A stretch of DNA of 64,000 nt from a virus (lineage: Duplodnaviria > Caudoviricetes), in the IMG/VR virus record IMGVR_UViG_2871745582_000001, positions 30,410 through 94,409 of that record; one strand, written 5' to 3'. Each line of letters opens with the position of its first letter. Positions within the stretch are counted from its first letter, which is position 1. The notes beneath the pieces are model-generated. The model worked only from the letters and a program-made list of their open reading frames with translations. It had not been told where the DNA came from and searched no databases. The position numbers and the translations under genes were made by a program. Of this stretch, positions 48,101 through 58,368 are shown one piece after another.

Positions 48101-51100
48101 ATACAGATCCATATCCGTGCACACGCGGTCCATGTCACGAATGATAGAGAAAATCGGACGCTGGCCGATCTCTTCAATTTCCCCCTGGCCGTTAATCACT
48201 CTTCCGTCATTGGATAGCGCCTCCGCCTGCAGGCGCAGATCCTCATAGGCTTCCAGCTGCTCAGGCGTCAGCGGCGCATCCTGCTGGTGTTCGTCAAGTT
48301 CGGGGATTTCAACCGTGTCTTTAACGTCCTCAGCCGTTTTGAGCGTGGTCCAGCGATGGAATATGCCGCGCAGCGCATCAAGGTTTTCGAAGCCCACCAG
48401 CGCCATTTTCTCTTCCACTTCGCCGCTCAGCTTCTGGATGGTTTCGAGGCGGGTTTTACCAAAGAGCTTGACGAAGTCATCCGGCCCGTAAATGCCGAGC
48501 TTCTGCCAGTATTCTTTCGGCAGCACATGGGAGAGCATGTTGTAGGCATCAACTGGCGTATTCACTACCGGCGTCGCCGTAAGCAGCACCGGCCCGCGCC
48601 CGCCGTTCTGCTTCATCAGGTACGCATTTTTAATCGCCATATCACGGGCAGACTGCGCAACGGCTGAGCCAGGCAGGTAGGCCAGCTGAGAGGCTTCACG
48701 CCCGTTTTTGTAGCTGTTACGGTAGTTGTGGCCCTCATCCGCGATCACGCTGTCAAAGCCCATATCTTCAAAATAGGGGTATTTCTCAGCTTTTTCGGTG
48801 CCGGTGTCCGCGCCTTCGGCCAGCACGCGGCGGCGCGCCGCTTCTTTGCGGTGACTGTCGGAGTCGGCGGCGCCCGCCACTTTGCCGGCGGCCACGAAGT
48901 CCATCAGCACGTCCTGCGCATGCTCATCGACCGTTTCATCGCGCAGTGGGATGCGAGAATACTGCTCTTTGGTGAAGACCACCGCACGATAGTTGCTGTG
49001 GGGAATGGCGTTCATGCGGGCGGTGATTGTCGCCTCATCGGCAATTTTGAGGCCGTCGCGCATTTTCGGCGTGCCGTCCGCATTCATCACCTGCTCGCCG
49101 TTTTCATCCAGCACCGGCACCTGTTTAATCTGATCGCCATCCGTCAGCACATCCAGACCAACAAACAGATAATTGCTGAACGCGTCTGCACTCAGAAAAT
49201 CTTTCGCCTCGTAATACCAGTTTTCCAGCACCGACTTGGGCACCACATAAGCGGTTCGCGCTGATCGCCCGTTCTCGAAGTTAAACGCTTCCAGCGCCAG
49301 GGCTGTTGTTGTCTTCCCGAGGCCGGTTCCGAAACCCAGGATGCCGCGGCCATCTTCAGAGAGGCGGCGCACTTCCTGGTTCTGATAGTCAAAGGGCTGG
49401 CGCTTCCCGCTCACGCCCTGCAGGCCTAGCGGGTCGCCAGAATGCTCGTAGGGGATATTGCTGTTGAACACGTTGTTATACGTGCCTATCAGCTCATCGT
49501 AGCGATCGTGCGTTTTAATCCACTTGTTGAACTGCTCTTCAAGCTTATCAACCGCGTCGCGATAGCCGTTTGCGGTGGCTGAATCTTTTCCGCCAATGCG
49601 GGCGCCGTTGAGATACTTTTCCAGCTGCGCCGGGAAGCCGGTCGCGTTATCGCCTGATTTGCGATCCCATTCATAAATGGTTTCCCCGGATTCCTTGTCT
49701 TTACGTTGCACAACGCCATAGCGGTGGCCTACAAAAATCCCGTCGCCGCCGTTATACGTCTCGGAAACCATCGCGTCGCCGTCAAGCTGAATATCCCGGA
49801 CGTATTTCAGATCCGGATAGCCATGCTCCTGCAAAAACTCCAGGATAACTGAGCGGTCAAACCAGCGGCTGTTCAGCTTAAACCGGACGCTTTCCGCTGG
49901 CGTGATGAAGCGTTTTTCTTCGATGGCGGCCAGCTGGCTGAGGATGTTGTTTTTAACCGGCCCGTCTTCAAGCTTGCTGAGGTAAGCCAGCTTTGGCGCC
50001 GTGATTTCGCCAATATCGCCGCTGGTGGCGCGCGCAAACGGGACAATGCCGCCATACGGCGAGACCGCTATGCCGGGAGTGTTAGCCAGCAGGTTAAGCA
50101 GTTCATCGTCGCTTTCCGGCAATTCACCGCTGAACGCGGCGCGGAAGGCATCCAGCTGAACCGGATCCTGAGTCAGGTCACTGTACAGATGGCGCAGCGT
50201 GTCCTGATGGCTGGTGGCGTCATAGCTGGCCTTCGAATCGAACTTAACCAGTTTTCCGGTCAGTTCGTCGGAAAGGGTACCATCAGACTTGATGGCGCCG
50301 CGGAAGGCAAACCATGCTTTTGCCCCCTTGCCAGACAAGCGGGAGACGGGCCCGCGCCCTGGGTTGCCATAGCGATCAATCTCCGCCTGGAGATGGTCTC
50401 TCAGCGTCAGGCGCTGAGCTTCTGTCTCTTCTGCTGATGCACCAGCCGCTTTCAGATCCTGGTACTCTGTCAGCATGCGGCCTATCATGGCCCCACGATA
50501 CAGGCGCTCGCGGAATTTCTCAGGCTGGGCGTTTACCCAGTCCACCAGCTCAACCATATCCTTGCTGAGCTCACTGGTGTAGCTGGCGCGCACGTTTGCC
50601 ATCTGGCGGAATGACATGCCAAGCCGTCCCTGGCTGGTTTCCAGGTTACGGCGCAGGCCATCCCAGGAGTCAGCGCCAAACTGCTCGCTGTTGACGGACA
50701 GCTCTTTCCCGGCGTCCGCCATAATCCATTTGCCACCGGCCATCCGGTACCAGACCCCGTTAATGATGCGCATTTCGCCATCATCAACCAGCCCCGCCAT
50801 GTCTGAGGGCTGTTCCACATCAAGCAGCAGCCAGTTGATGCGGCTGTCAAACTTGTGGATCATTTTCTGCTTCAGCGCGGCATTATCGACCTGCCCGTCA
50901 GCTTTAACTTCAATACGCCCCTGGAAGCCCTGCGTTTGCTCGCCATGAACGAACCGCCGGCCCTCCTGCTCAAACCATTTGCCGTTGATGAACTCTGGCC
51001 AGAGCACGCTGGCTTCGGTGAGCACGTCATCGCTGAGATCCGGGATTTTGGCCGCCATATCCTCGGGGTGCTTTCGCATCAGTACGACATCAACCACCGT

Positions 51101-51892
51101 GTCAGTACCGTTTGCATCAAAGGTGCCGGTAGGGAGACGATGCGCCCCCAGGAACTCCGCCTTGCGGGACAGGCGATCACGCAGCTTCTTGTTGTTGTTA
51201 CCTGAGACAATGCCCGGCGGCACAATCACGCACATGAAGCCGTTAGGCTTGATTTTGTCCAGCATGCGCAGCATGAAATAAGCCCCCATATCCTTTTCAT
51301 CGGCGTAGGGCTTATCGATGTTGCGGGAGTTGTCGCGCCCGCCAAATGGCACGTTGCCCACGACATGATCGAATGAATCATCAGGTGATTCGGACGCGAG
51401 AGATTCAAAGGGGCTGACGCGAACATTGTCTTCGGGGTGGAGCAGTTGGTTGATGCGGCCGGAAACCGGGCTGATTTCCGTTGCGGTCATCAGGGTGCCT
51501 TTCGGCTTGGTTTCATTGAAGATGCCGGTACCGGCGGACGGCTCCAGTGTATTACCGACGTCAGCGCCGTAGAGCTTCATGATTTCCCACACGCCCTCCG
51601 CGATCGGCTGCGGCGTATAGTATTCAGAAACCGACCCACCAATGCCGCCTTCACCGGTATAACCGGCCAGGATCTGGCGCTGCTCATCAGTCAGCGTCGC
51701 CCCGTCGGGCAGGCTGTTAAGCAGATCCACAGCTTTTCGGTTCGCCTCCCGGCGCAGCCGGTCATAACTCTTCCCGGCTTCTTTCTGCACCCCGAATGTA
51801 ACCGGAACGCGCGTGCTGCTGAGAGCCAGCAGGTACTTAATAATTTCGCCAATGCTCTGGCAGGCGTGAATGCCTTTTGAAAGGTCGGCCAT
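45116..51892 (-). CDS. darB: DarB antirestriction protein (methyltransferase-like plus SNF2 helicase)
   Basis: EYYTP, LEPSAGTG, VGNVPF; GTGLGKT, DEGH, LTATP, QRNGRGAR; 2258 aa from MADLSKG. Confidence 0.93.
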   Translation of the reverse strand: MADLSKGIHACQSIGEIIKYLLALSSTRVPVTFGVQKEAGKSYDRLRREANRKAVDLLNSLPDGATLTDEQRQILAGYTGEGGIGGSVSEYYTPQPIAEGVWEIMKLYGADVGNTLEPSAGTGIFNETKPKGTLMTATEISPVSGRINQLLHPEDNVRVSPFESLASESPDDSFDHVVGNVPFGGRDNSRNIDKPYADEKDMGAYFMLRMLDKIKPNGFMCVIVPPGIVSGNNNKKLRDRLSRKAEFLGAHRLPTGTFDANGTDTVVDVVLMRKHPEDMAAKIPDLSDDVLTEASVLWPEFINGKWFEQEGRRFVHGEQTQGFQGRIEVKADGQVDNAALKQKMIHKFDSRINWLLLDVEQPSDMAGLVDDGEMRIINGVWYRMAGGKWIMADAGKELSVNSEQFGADSWDGLRRNLETSQGRLGMSFRQMANVRASYTSELSKDMVELVDWVNAQPEKFRERLYRGAMIGRMLTEYQDLKAAGASAEETEAQRLTLRDHLQAEIDRYGNPGRGPVSRLSGKGAKAWFAFRGAIKSDGTLSDELTGKLVKFDSKASYDATSHQDTLRHLYSDLTQDPVQLDAFRAAFSGELPESDDELLNLLANTPGIAVSPYGGIVPFARATSGDIGEITAPKLAYLSKLEDGPVKNNILSQLAAIEEKRFITPAESVRFKLNSRWFDRSVILEFLQEHGYPDLKYVRDIQLDGDAMVSETYNGGDGIFVGHRYGVVQRKDKESGETIYEWDRKSGDNATGFPAQLEKYLNGARIGGKDSATANGYRDAVDKLEEQFNKWIKTHDRYDELIGTYNNVFNSNIPYEHSGDPLGLQGVSGKRQPFDYQNQEVRRLSEDGRGILGFGTGLGKTTTALALEAFNFENGRSARTAYVVPKSVLENWYYEAKDFLSADAFSNYLFVGLDVLTDGDQIKQVPVLDENGEQVMNADGTPKMRDGLKIADEATITARMNAIPHSNYRAVVFTKEQYSRIPLRDETVDEHAQDVLMDFVAAGKVAGAADSDSHRKEAARRRVLAEGADTGTEKAEKYPYFEDMGFDSVIADEGHNYRNSYKNGREASQLAYLPGSAVAQSARDMAIKNAYLMKQNGGRGPVLLTATPVVNTPVDAYNMLSHVLPKEYWQKLGIYGPDDFVKLFGKTRLETIQKLSGEVEEKMALVGFENLDALRGIFHRWTTLKTAEDVKDTVEIPELDEHQQDAPLTPEQLEAYEDLRLQAEALSNDGRVINGQGEIEEIGQRPIFSIIRDMDRVCTDMDLYHRRITYRFPPEYKDAVQKLVDSLPKTVSSEGEDDEETETAGVEYSLLDKGGFIQLQVREQYENEVNKRLAKFGIDERRVTHPVTPKYEKLIATLKEFFPQGKQIIFTDEKTQHQKLKRIIAHALDIDPAKIGILNAQTVADAGKTGKKLKAVKPPKELPDEPTEAQLQKYTDQMALYDAYIAQQNEISLGGLEQIAADFQEGRTPIIICNKKAEVGINLHKGTTDIHHLTLPWTPASIAQRNGRGARVGSGRASVRVHYYCGKGSFDEYRLKTLKRKATWISDILRSDKSTMENADANDMIEMQMYTAKDDGTRLAMMQTQMDAAKAAQLARRKEQAGVDLQNYIKAQHASAVDVVALTQQLESERAALEKANESVERNRKNVLDKQASNDDWKQKFGSLYSSDRALLAQYRYQLKSAIEQKQMLGRSVKIKEAILARVKKSESEIKRLRPQVEDAISSGLLDLDADIVSHARDYYFDGNKAWKVGNYYVYNSSIVRLKTIDLDQKRGSYEVIYSPKGMKDGSTLLGLMSEQTDYTPDELTLLGKINGGVSVASVADILSRDQFYDYLNRGLVAITDKTAVLSVAAGGYEAQGIYGDADLKRAVYPDVNDGALKSSVAEWILSMLGQGKSYAISGGEMFFKALYGQDYMTAVYSYAETLSPEALQDRVSTALANRPATYKLTTIEGNSENEVMNAIYGRSEFSDDEYLLRKSSLGQTAQYANQDAIKQAIDDANFRIKASRRDNLRQAVLSQTQSWVAAIRGAVDKGILTPLISAVVNDGKKMMDTYATSETVEVSGLYGGTQNVSTLNFVSLFSDLVLAGLVDITAVTPEMLSSRNSYVSVLVGVSEALAGRSEEQKAADKARINEALGIETAGPEADPAPAAQPVADETSAISTAQGDAVAEAQSLGLNFRISTADLKMMYAPKYAAGQVFGLQEASGTKGALFLAKDELKAAFGAKWLPAKARNADFPGNWWIIETKHNPLDVLAVVKKHA

Positions 51893-51906
51893 GTGTGATC
51901 CTTCAC

Positions 51907-51925
51907 AAGTAACCAGTGATAAATT
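51907..51925 (+). promoter_or_regulatory. Putative late promoter of prt-pro
   Basis: AAGTAACCA-N4-TAAATT. Confidence 0.5.
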
Positions 51926-51959
51926 CCGATAAAAGCGTGAATACTTTAACGAAGGTGCG

Positions 51960-53687
51960 ATGTTGGCTGATAACAAACTCAGCTTTTCTTCAGTGAGAAA
52001 AGCGCTGGCTGAGGTGCTGCCCGGCAGTGACCGTAAGCAGGAAGATATGCAATTTATGACCTCCCTCGCCACGAATGGCGGGGGCGGATATCTTTTCTCA
52101 CGATCAGGCGCACCTGGCGCGCTTGCCGGGCTGGCGGGCTTCGCACCAAACAAGGAAAAAGATGGCGGCGCACCGGGCATGGTGGATGGCAGTCGCTTCA
52201 TTTTTGATGAAGCCAGCCTTCCTGTAGACAGGATCCAGCGCTATCCGTTGCTGGAAGAAATGTCGGTATATTCCACCATCGCCAGCGCCCTTAACATCCA
52301 CATCACGCACGCCCTGTCTACGGATAAAAAAAGCGGAAAGACGTTCACCATCGAGGCAGTAAATAACGGTAACGATGCCGACTATGCGGATGCGCAAAAG
52401 CTGTGCGCTGAGCTGATGGCTGATATTGGCGATGTGATAAATCGCGAAATCTCCGGCTGGGCGACCGTCATGTGTGTTTTCGGCTCCGCCTACATCCGAC
52501 CCTATGCTAAAGAGGGCGTCGGGATCACAAGCTTTGAGTGCAGTTATTACACCCTGCCCTATTTCGTTCGCGAGTTTGAGCAGGGCGGCCGCCTGGCAGG
52601 CTTTACTGGTGATTACCTGAAAGACAAGGCGGGCAAGCATGTCTTTGCTGAGCCCTGGGCGTTGATCCCAATGAAGGTGCCGTACTGGCGCCCACGCCAC
52701 GATCAGATGCCGGTCTATTATGGAAAATCGCCCTACAGCCTGCTCGATGAGCCTGAAGAGCGTATGCCCATCGAAACGCAAAATTATGGCACCAGCTTTT
52801 TAGAGCACGCTTTCGAGCCGTATATCAACCTGCGCGCGGCCATTCGGTCCATGAAGGCCACCCGCTTCAATGCCAGCAAAATCGATCGCATCATCGGCCT
52901 GGCAATGAACAGCCTGGACCCGGTCAAAGGCGCGGATTATTCACGCACCATCTCGCAGACGCTCAAGCGCGCCGCTGACATGATGGAAAAGCGGGCACGC
53001 GGGGCAAACAACATGCCAACGGTTACCAATACCGTTCTGCCTGTCATAGGCGACGGTAAGGGCCAGATGACCATTGATACGCAGAGCATTCCTGCGGACA
53101 TTACGGGCATTGAAGACATCCTGACTTACATGAAGCAGCTGGCGGCCGCGCTGGGACTGGATTACACCCTGCTCGGATGGGCAGATCAGATGTCGGGCGG
53201 GCTTGGCGAGGGCGGCTTCCTGCGCACGGCCATTCAGGCCGCCATGCGGGCCGCGTGGATCCAGCAGGGTGTTGAAGAATTTATTCAGCGCGCTATCGAA
53301 ATTCACCTGGCGTTCAAATACAGCAAGTTTTATCCGGCTGAAGCCCGCCCCTATAAAGTGTCATTCCATTCTGTGAATACCGCGCTCCAGCAGGAGCATA
53401 ACGATAACCGCGATGCACAGGCGAACTACGCCACCGTTGTGACGCAAATTCTTGATGCGGTCAGCAATAACAGCGTGCTGGCCAAGAGTGAGGCGTTCAA
53501 GCGCTACATCATCAGTGATGTGCTTGAAATAAACGAGGCTGTGGCAAACGCGCTTGTTGACCAAATCAAGACCAATGCCGGCGGTGATGGCAACACGTCC
53601 ATGATGGACGCGTTAATTCGCAGTTCGCCGGATGAAATATCCGCAATTCTCGAATCAGTATTTTCAGAGGGATCTAGTAATGACTGA
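51960..53687 (+). CDS. prt: Portal protein
   Basis: 575 aa, divergent from darB and followed by pro as in P1; [16 protein letters not shown]. Confidence 0.82.
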   Translation: MLADNKLSFSSVRKALAEVLPGSDRKQEDMQFMTSLATNGGGGYLFSRSGAPGALAGLAGFAPNKEKDGGAPGMVDGSRFIFDEASLPVDRIQRYPLLEEMSVYSTIASALNIHITHALSTDKKSGKTFTIEAVNNGNDADYADAQKLCAELMADIGDVINREISGWATVMCVFGSAYIRPYAKEGVGITSFECSYYTLPYFVREFEQGGRLAGFTGDYLKDKAGKHVFAEPWALIPMKVPYWRPRHDQMPVYYGKSPYSLLDEPEERMPIETQNYGTSFLEHAFEPYINLRAAIRSMKATRFNASKIDRIIGLAMNSLDPVKGADYSRTISQTLKRAADMMEKRARGANNMPTVTNTVLPVIGDGKGQMTIDTQSIPADITGIEDILTYMKQLAAALGLDYTLLGWADQMSGGLGEGGFLRTAIQAAMRAAWIQQGVEEFIQRAIEIHLAFKYSKFYPAEARPYKVSFHSVNTALQQEHNDNRDAQANYATVVTQILDAVSNNSVLAKSEAFKRYIISDVLEINEAVANALVDQIKTNAGGDGNTSMMDALIRSSPDEISAILESVFSEGSSND

Positions 53688-54699
53688 TGTATTGAAAACG
53701 GTCACGGACCGCTTTTGCCTGTACCGCAACGCCCGCACCGGGCGTCAGAACGGCCGTAACTATGTGCTTTCAGCCGTCCGCGCCATGCTTGAGAGCAAGG
53801 AAACGCAGGAAGGGCTCAGGCTGGGCGAGCACTTCGGCTATTACGGCCATGGCCGCCGGGAAATGACCAAAAAACTGGATCTGCCTGAGACCAGCGTCAT
53901 CATGGTCGAAGGCCGCCCGGTTGTCATCGACAACGTGCCCGCATGCCGCACGGTGTCCATCTCCGTGGACGACGACGGCGTGGTTACGCACACCCAGGAA
54001 ATCCTGAACACGCCACCGGGTAAAATTGTGGCCGCGATGATTGAGTCCCGCGCAGGCGGCTGGTCATGGGCAACCGGCGGCCGCCAGGCGGGGAATACGG
54101 CCATCACCACCAGCTTCCACGGGTTCGATTATGTGACTAACCCGAACTATGTCAGCCTGGATCATCCGGCCAGCGCAGGGCTGTTTGAGAGCGCGGATTC
54201 GCAGACGCTCCTGGCCGAATCGCTGGAAGGTGCCGGATTCTCCGCCAGTGCGGCAGGCGACATCATCACCCATTATGGCAAGCTGGCCGAGCTGGAAATG
54301 ATGATCGAGTCTACCCAGCGTAATGCTGAGCTTGAGCAGATGCTGCTGGAAAGTCAGGGGCGCCTGCTGGAGGCTCAGACGGCTGAAGCGGCGCTGAAAG
54401 AGCGCATTGCCCTGCTGGAGTCCGCAAGTGGCACACGCGACGACGTGATGGCTGGCATTCTTGCCCGCCTGGATGATCTCCCTATTTTTGTCAGCCGTGC
54501 TCAGCGGGATGCCTTCCGTTTCCGCAATGCGAATGACGCGGAGATTGTGGGCGGCCTGTTCGAATCACTCATGAAAGTTCACGCTCGCGGATTGCCGGTG
54601 GTGAATGTGGCTGATCTCGCGCCGGCAAGCACGCCAGCAGCAAAAACTGCCCCTGCGGCGATCAGTTTCAGCGGCGATAAAAATCCGTTCGCTCGATAA
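53680..54699 (+). CDS. pro: Prohead protease
   Basis: [20 protein letters not shown] catalytic-type motifs. Confidence 0.82.
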   Translation: MTDVLKTVTDRFCLYRNARTGRQNGRNYVLSAVRAMLESKETQEGLRLGEHFGYYGHGRREMTKKLDLPETSVIMVEGRPVVIDNVPACRTVSISVDDDGVVTHTQEILNTPPGKIVAAMIESRAGGWSWATGGRQAGNTAITTSFHGFDYVTNPNYVSLDHPASAGLFESADSQTLLAESLEGAGFSASAAGDIITHYGKLAELEMMIESTQRNAELEQMLLESQGRLLEAQTAEAALKERIALLESASGTRDDVMAGILARLDDLPIFVSRAQRDAFRFRNANDAEIVGGLFESLMKVHARGLPVVNVADLAPASTPAAKTAPAAISFSGDKNPFAR

Positions 54700-54702
54700 T
54701 AA

Positions 54703-54719
54703 TTTTTTATTAGAGCAAA
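54703..54719 (-). promoter_or_regulatory. C1 operator-like site upstream of repL
   Basis: TTTGCTCTAATAAAAAA on the minus strand. Confidence 0.65.
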
Positions 54720-54825
54720 AAGGGGTTGCAGCTTGCGACCCCTTTAATGTTTAATCCCTGCCCATTAGCCCATGAAAAACCCCGGCCAAGGCCAGGGTGA
54801 TATGGATGTATAAACAGTTATTTAG

Positions 54826-55827
54826 ATGGCAATAATGGCACAATATTCCACCAAAAACAAAAGTTTTTCCTTTTCGGCTGATGGCTCGTTAAATCAGTGC
54901 GGCCTTCGTGAGATCATCCAGTCTATCTCGCCAAAAATCCTTCGCCCGGCAGTGAAATACACGCTGCTGGTGGCCAGCGAGCACGCCACAGCGTCCGATC
55001 GTCTTTGCATTTTCAAAAGCCTGCAGACCATTGCAGATGAATGCGGCATTTCGAAGGATACCGCCCGTCGCCATCTGCATACTCTCACTCATATGGGCAT
55101 CCTGAACCGCAAAATCATGCTCGACCAGGAGACCGGAAAGCAGCGTCCTTGCCTGTACACCTATTCAGCGCTGTTCGTGCGCATTGCCAAAGCGTTCCGC
55201 CGCATTGCTGATGGTCAAAAGAGCAGACGAAGCGAGCTGTACAAAACCGCGCTCAGTAAATTTAACGCCTTGCTTTCAGCGCTGATATCCAGAGCCCGAT
55301 CAGCCTCATCCAGGGCAGGCGACGCCGGAGAGGAAGCCGATACCCCCTTGCAATCTGCCACCCTCCCCCCCTCGCAAAATCAGCCCCAATACAGTAGATC
55401 TTTTGATCCTGTAGATAAAAAAGACAATGCGGTTATCGACGTTTCAAAGGACAAAACCCCAACAGGCCTGAGCTCTTCTGCTGGTGGGCTAAAAAGCCCG
55501 GTCGCCTTCATGGAAGAGATGCGAGCGGCCCTTGCCAGCGCCATCTCCTCCAAGCGCGCCGCGTGCAAAAACGCGGTGCATCAGGCCAAAACCAGCAGTC
55601 GCAGTCATTCTGCTGCCCCAGCGGGTACCAGCCCCAGACCAAAACCGGAAACCACAACGTTCCAGCATGGCATTTATGAGGCGGCTAACCGCGAGGAAGA
55701 AGCCCGATATGCTGAGCGTCAGCAGGCAGCAGCAAGCATGACATTAGAGCAAACTCAGGCCAGAATAAGCGGTTTGCGGGCGCTACTTAAACGCAACACT
55801 TCTACTCAACAAAACGCAGGTGCCTGA
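54826..55827 (+). CDS. repL: Lytic replication initiator, RepL-like
   Basis: wHTH FKSLQTIADECGISKDTARRHL..L..MGIL and TPLQSATLPPSQN resemble recalled P1 RepL. Confidence 0.6.
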   Translation: MAIMAQYSTKNKSFSFSADGSLNQCGLREIIQSISPKILRPAVKYTLLVASEHATASDRLCIFKSLQTIADECGISKDTARRHLHTLTHMGILNRKIMLDQETGKQRPCLYTYSALFVRIAKAFRRIADGQKSRRSELYKTALSKFNALLSALISRARSASSRAGDAGEEADTPLQSATLPPSQNQPQYSRSFDPVDKKDNAVIDVSKDKTPTGLSSSAGGLKSPVAFMEEMRAALASAISSKRAACKNAVHQAKTSSRSHSAAPAGTSPRPKPETTTFQHGIYEAANREEEARYAERQQAAASMTLEQTQARISGLRALLKRNTSTQQNAGA

Positions 55828-56378
55828 TGCAGGAAACAATCAAAAAGCGCGTACCACTGAGCAAGCGAATTCAGATCCCCGGACAAGGCGAACTGAAGGC
55901 TGCCAATACCCCGAGCCGCCCGCGCCCGAGTCATGGCGGACGCAGGCAGAATCCAGCGCCGGGACGCGTGAAGAAGCTGAGCCTGAAAGATATCCGGGAT
56001 AACCAGCGAAAGCTCATTAAATACTGGCCGCAGCTCTTTCGAAACGGACGAATTTTACCGCTGAAGGCAGGCATCAAAGAAGCCATGCTGGCAGATCTGG
56101 AAGCGCGTGGCGTGGTGATCAATCCCAAGCGCATCGCGAGCGAGCTGTTTTCTGCCACCAACACAGAGAACTATTGCCGCCGTATGCTTTTCCTGAAGTG
56201 GCGGTTTGATCTCAATGGCAAGCCCGCCGTGAAAATTACGGAGGCTGAACGCGACTTCGCCTACAGCAAGCTGGCCCGGCGCATGACAGAGCGCGGGCGC
56301 ACTCCGCCAAAAGAAGGTTTCTGGAAAATTCAGAAGCCACGCTTTCGCCGCCGCGAGGTTAAAAAGGATCCCGCCTGA
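55827..56378 (+). CDS. ProQ/FinO-domain RNA-binding protein
   Basis: WPQLF...PLKAGIK..L, Y.R......RFDLNG.P...IT..E..FA. Confidence 0.8.
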   Translation: MQETIKKRVPLSKRIQIPGQGELKAANTPSRPRPSHGGRRQNPAPGRVKKLSLKDIRDNQRKLIKYWPQLFRNGRILPLKAGIKEAMLADLEARGVVINPKRIASELFSATNTENYCRRMLFLKWRFDLNGKPAVKITEAERDFAYSKLARRMTERGRTPPKEGFWKIQKPRFRRREVKKDPA

Positions 56379-56392
56379 GCGGGATCTTAGTG

Positions 56393-56641
56393 CTATTCAG
56401 GCCGCGACTCCGGCACTTCTTTGCCGCCAGTGGCGCGTTGCTGTACCAGCCGCGCGCCCATTGATAGCAACGTCAGCAGCAGCCGCAGAGAGGCATACCA
56501 AATCGGCTCCATCGGGAAAGTTTCATTCCAGACGGAAATGATAATGAACAGGGTATCGAAAACGATGGCGATCATTGCCAGCTGCAGTGACGAGAAGCGC
56601 CAGCAGTGCCGCCAGTTATCAACGGGCTTTAGCTTAGCCAC
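56393..56641 (-). CDS. lydD: Holin-like protein (P1 LydD-like)
   Basis: VDNWRHCWRFSS, two TM segments, ARLVQQ; follows the endolysin. Confidence 0.65.
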   Translation of the reverse strand: MAKLKPVDNWRHCWRFSSLQLAMIAIVFDTLFIIISVWNETFPMEPIWYASLRLLLTLLSMGARLVQQRATGGKEVPESRPE

Positions 56642-57197
56642 GAGTCACCCCCGACAGGCACAGCTGCTGCTCAGCGCCGCGGCGCGCCTTCAGTCCGGGC
56701 AGCACCCGGCCACCTGCAAAAGCGAAATCAGGGAGATGGTTGCACATATTTACCCATTTCCCCTGCTGGGCCCATTTGTGGATTGAGGTTTCTACCCGCA
56801 CGCCCCGCGCGCGGCTGTAGTACGTTTTGAGGTTACTACACCCCATATTGAACGCCGCTGAGGTCATGGCGCTGAAGGTGTTATCGGACATGTCTGCACC
56901 GCGGAAGTTCTGGTTTATGCAGGTTTCCGCAGTCAGAATGTTGCGCTCCCAGTCTTTCGCAATTTGCTTGTCCGTTTTCCTTACTCCGGGCGTAACCCCT
57001 GTGGTATTGCCGATCCCATCCGTCCATTTATTGGCCGGGCACTGATAAGGATCGCGTCGGCAGCTCTCATAATTCCCAATCAGCCGGAGTCCGGCCTCGT
57101 TGGTTCGAACGTGACCGTTACTCAGGACAATCATTATCATGGTAGCCACAGCGCAGATCGCACCGGAAGCTCCCATAACTTTCCCTTTCCTTGCCAT
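56634..57197 (-). CDS. lyz: SAR endolysin (T4-type lysozyme)
   Basis: N-terminal SAR helix; E-8x-C-5x-T triad (ESCRRDPYQCPANKWT); AFNMG; GLKARR. Confidence 0.9.
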   Translation of the reverse strand: MARKGKVMGASGAICAVATMIMIVLSNGHVRTNEAGLRLIGNYESCRRDPYQCPANKWTDGIGNTTGVTPGVRKTDKQIAKDWERNILTAETCINQNFRGADMSDNTFSAMTSAAFNMGCSNLKTYYSRARGVRVETSIHKWAQQGKWVNMCNHLPDFAFAGGRVLPGLKARRGAEQQLCLSGVTRG

Positions 57198-57211
57198 ATA
57201 CACTCCCTTTC

Positions 57212-57297
57212 ATTGCTCTAACACATTTTGCATTCACCATCATAAATCTTGTCCTTTGTTGCTCTGAAAGGATGTGTTATTTTGCTCTAATAAATTT
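57212..57297 (+). promoter_or_regulatory. C1 operator-like sites upstream of the ssb operon
   Basis: ATTGCTCTAACACATTT (57212-57228) and TTTGCTCTAATAAATTT (57281-57297). Confidence 0.75.
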
Positions 57298-57316
57298 TAA
57301 ATTTATTGGCGGCAAT

Positions 57317-57541
57317 ATGATTGTTGAAATAGGTTTTGCACTTTTCATGAGTAGCTGTTCAGCGCCGAATCCGGGTAACAGCTGTGATTTCAGGCCGGCT
57401 GGCGAGAACATTTACGAAAGCAAAAGCGCGTGCATGACTTCAGAGCAAAGCCGGAGAATTCCGGCAGTGTTTTTCATTGATTGCTTCCCGGTTTACCGGG
57501 ACATTAACGAGGTAAGCGAAATTGGCCAGTCGGGGCGTTAA
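57317..57541 (+). CDS. Hypothetical Cys-containing small protein
   Basis: [14 protein letters not shown]...; hydrophobic N-terminus; weak RBS. Confidence 0.4.
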   Translation: MIVEIGFALFMSSCSAPNPGNSCDFRPAGENIYESKSACMTSEQSRRIPAVFFIDCFPVYRDINEVSEIGQSGR

Positions 57542-58031
57542 CAAAGTCATTCTTGTCGGGAACCTGGGTCAGGATCCGGAAGTCCGCTATATGCCGAACG
57601 GCGGCAAAGCGGTAGCCAACATTACGCTGGCCACGTCGGAAAGCTGGCGTGATAAACAGACCGGCGAAAACAAAGAGATCACCGAATGGCACCGCGTGGT
57701 GCTGTTCGGCAAGCTGGCGGAAGTGGCCGGCGAGTATCTGCGCAAAGGGTCTCAGGTCTACATTGAGGGCCAGTTGCGCACCCGCAAATGGCAGGATCAG
57801 GGCGGCCAGGACCGGTACACCACTGAGGTGGTTGTCGGGCAGAACGGCACCATGCAGATGCTGGGCGGGCGCCAGGGTGGTAGTTCTGGCGGTCAGGGCG
57901 GCGGTAATAATAATGGCTGGGGAGCGCCACAGCAGCCGCAGCAGTCAGGTGGCAGCCAGCCGCGCAGTTCCGCGCCAGCGGGCAGCCCGGACGAGCCGCC
58001 AATGGATTTCGATGACGATATTCCGTTCTGA
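57522..58031 (+). CDS. ssb: Single-stranded DNA-binding protein
   Basis: [19 protein letters not shown] ... DFDDDIPF. Confidence 0.96.
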   Translation: MASRGVNKVILVGNLGQDPEVRYMPNGGKAVANITLATSESWRDKQTGENKEITEWHRVVLFGKLAEVAGEYLRKGSQVYIEGQLRTRKWQDQGGQDRYTTEVVVGQNGTMQMLGGRQGGSSGGQGGGNNNGWGAPQQPQQSGGSQPRSSAPAGSPDEPPMDFDDDIPF

Positions 58032-58038
58032 ATGACAT

Positions 58039-58062
58039 AAAACCGCCATCAGGCGGTTTTTT
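58039..58062. terminator. Bidirectional intrinsic terminator
   Basis: AAAACCGCC-ATCA-GGCGGTTTTTT. Confidence 0.75.
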
Positions 58063-58367
58063 TAATTAACACAGGACTCAGTGATTTCCTCTGAGGCTTC
58101 CAGCCTCCATTCCTCCGGCCAGATCACAGTGAAACCCATGTCTTCCAGCGTATAAAGCAGGTCGCCAGGAGAGCAATTTTCTGCATCACCGGTAAATCCC
58201 ATGACCGGGCTGGCACCGTATGCCCGAACCATTGACGCTATTTCATCGTGCCCGAATTCACCTGTTACCGAAAACTCACTGATCGCATCAGGGTCACTCT
58301 CAACAAACGAGAGCGTGGCATTACGGATTAAATTTTCACCAATTTTCAGGGATATATTCACGTCCAA
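58062..58367 (-). CDS. Hxr-like protein
   Basis: Last gene of the dar operon, about 100 aa as in P1; synteny only. Confidence 0.5.
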   Translation of the reverse strand: MDVNISLKIGENLIRNATLSFVESDPDAISEFSVTGEFGHDEIASMVRAYGASPVMGFTGDAENCSPGDLLYTLEDMGFTVIWPEEWRLEASEEITESCVN

Positions 58368-58368
58368 T

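Noticed and set aside
51893-52201. N-terminal extension of DarB (2361-aa ORF)
   Set aside because: It overlaps the portal gene on the other strand; the ATG at 51892 has an RBS and gives a P1-like length.
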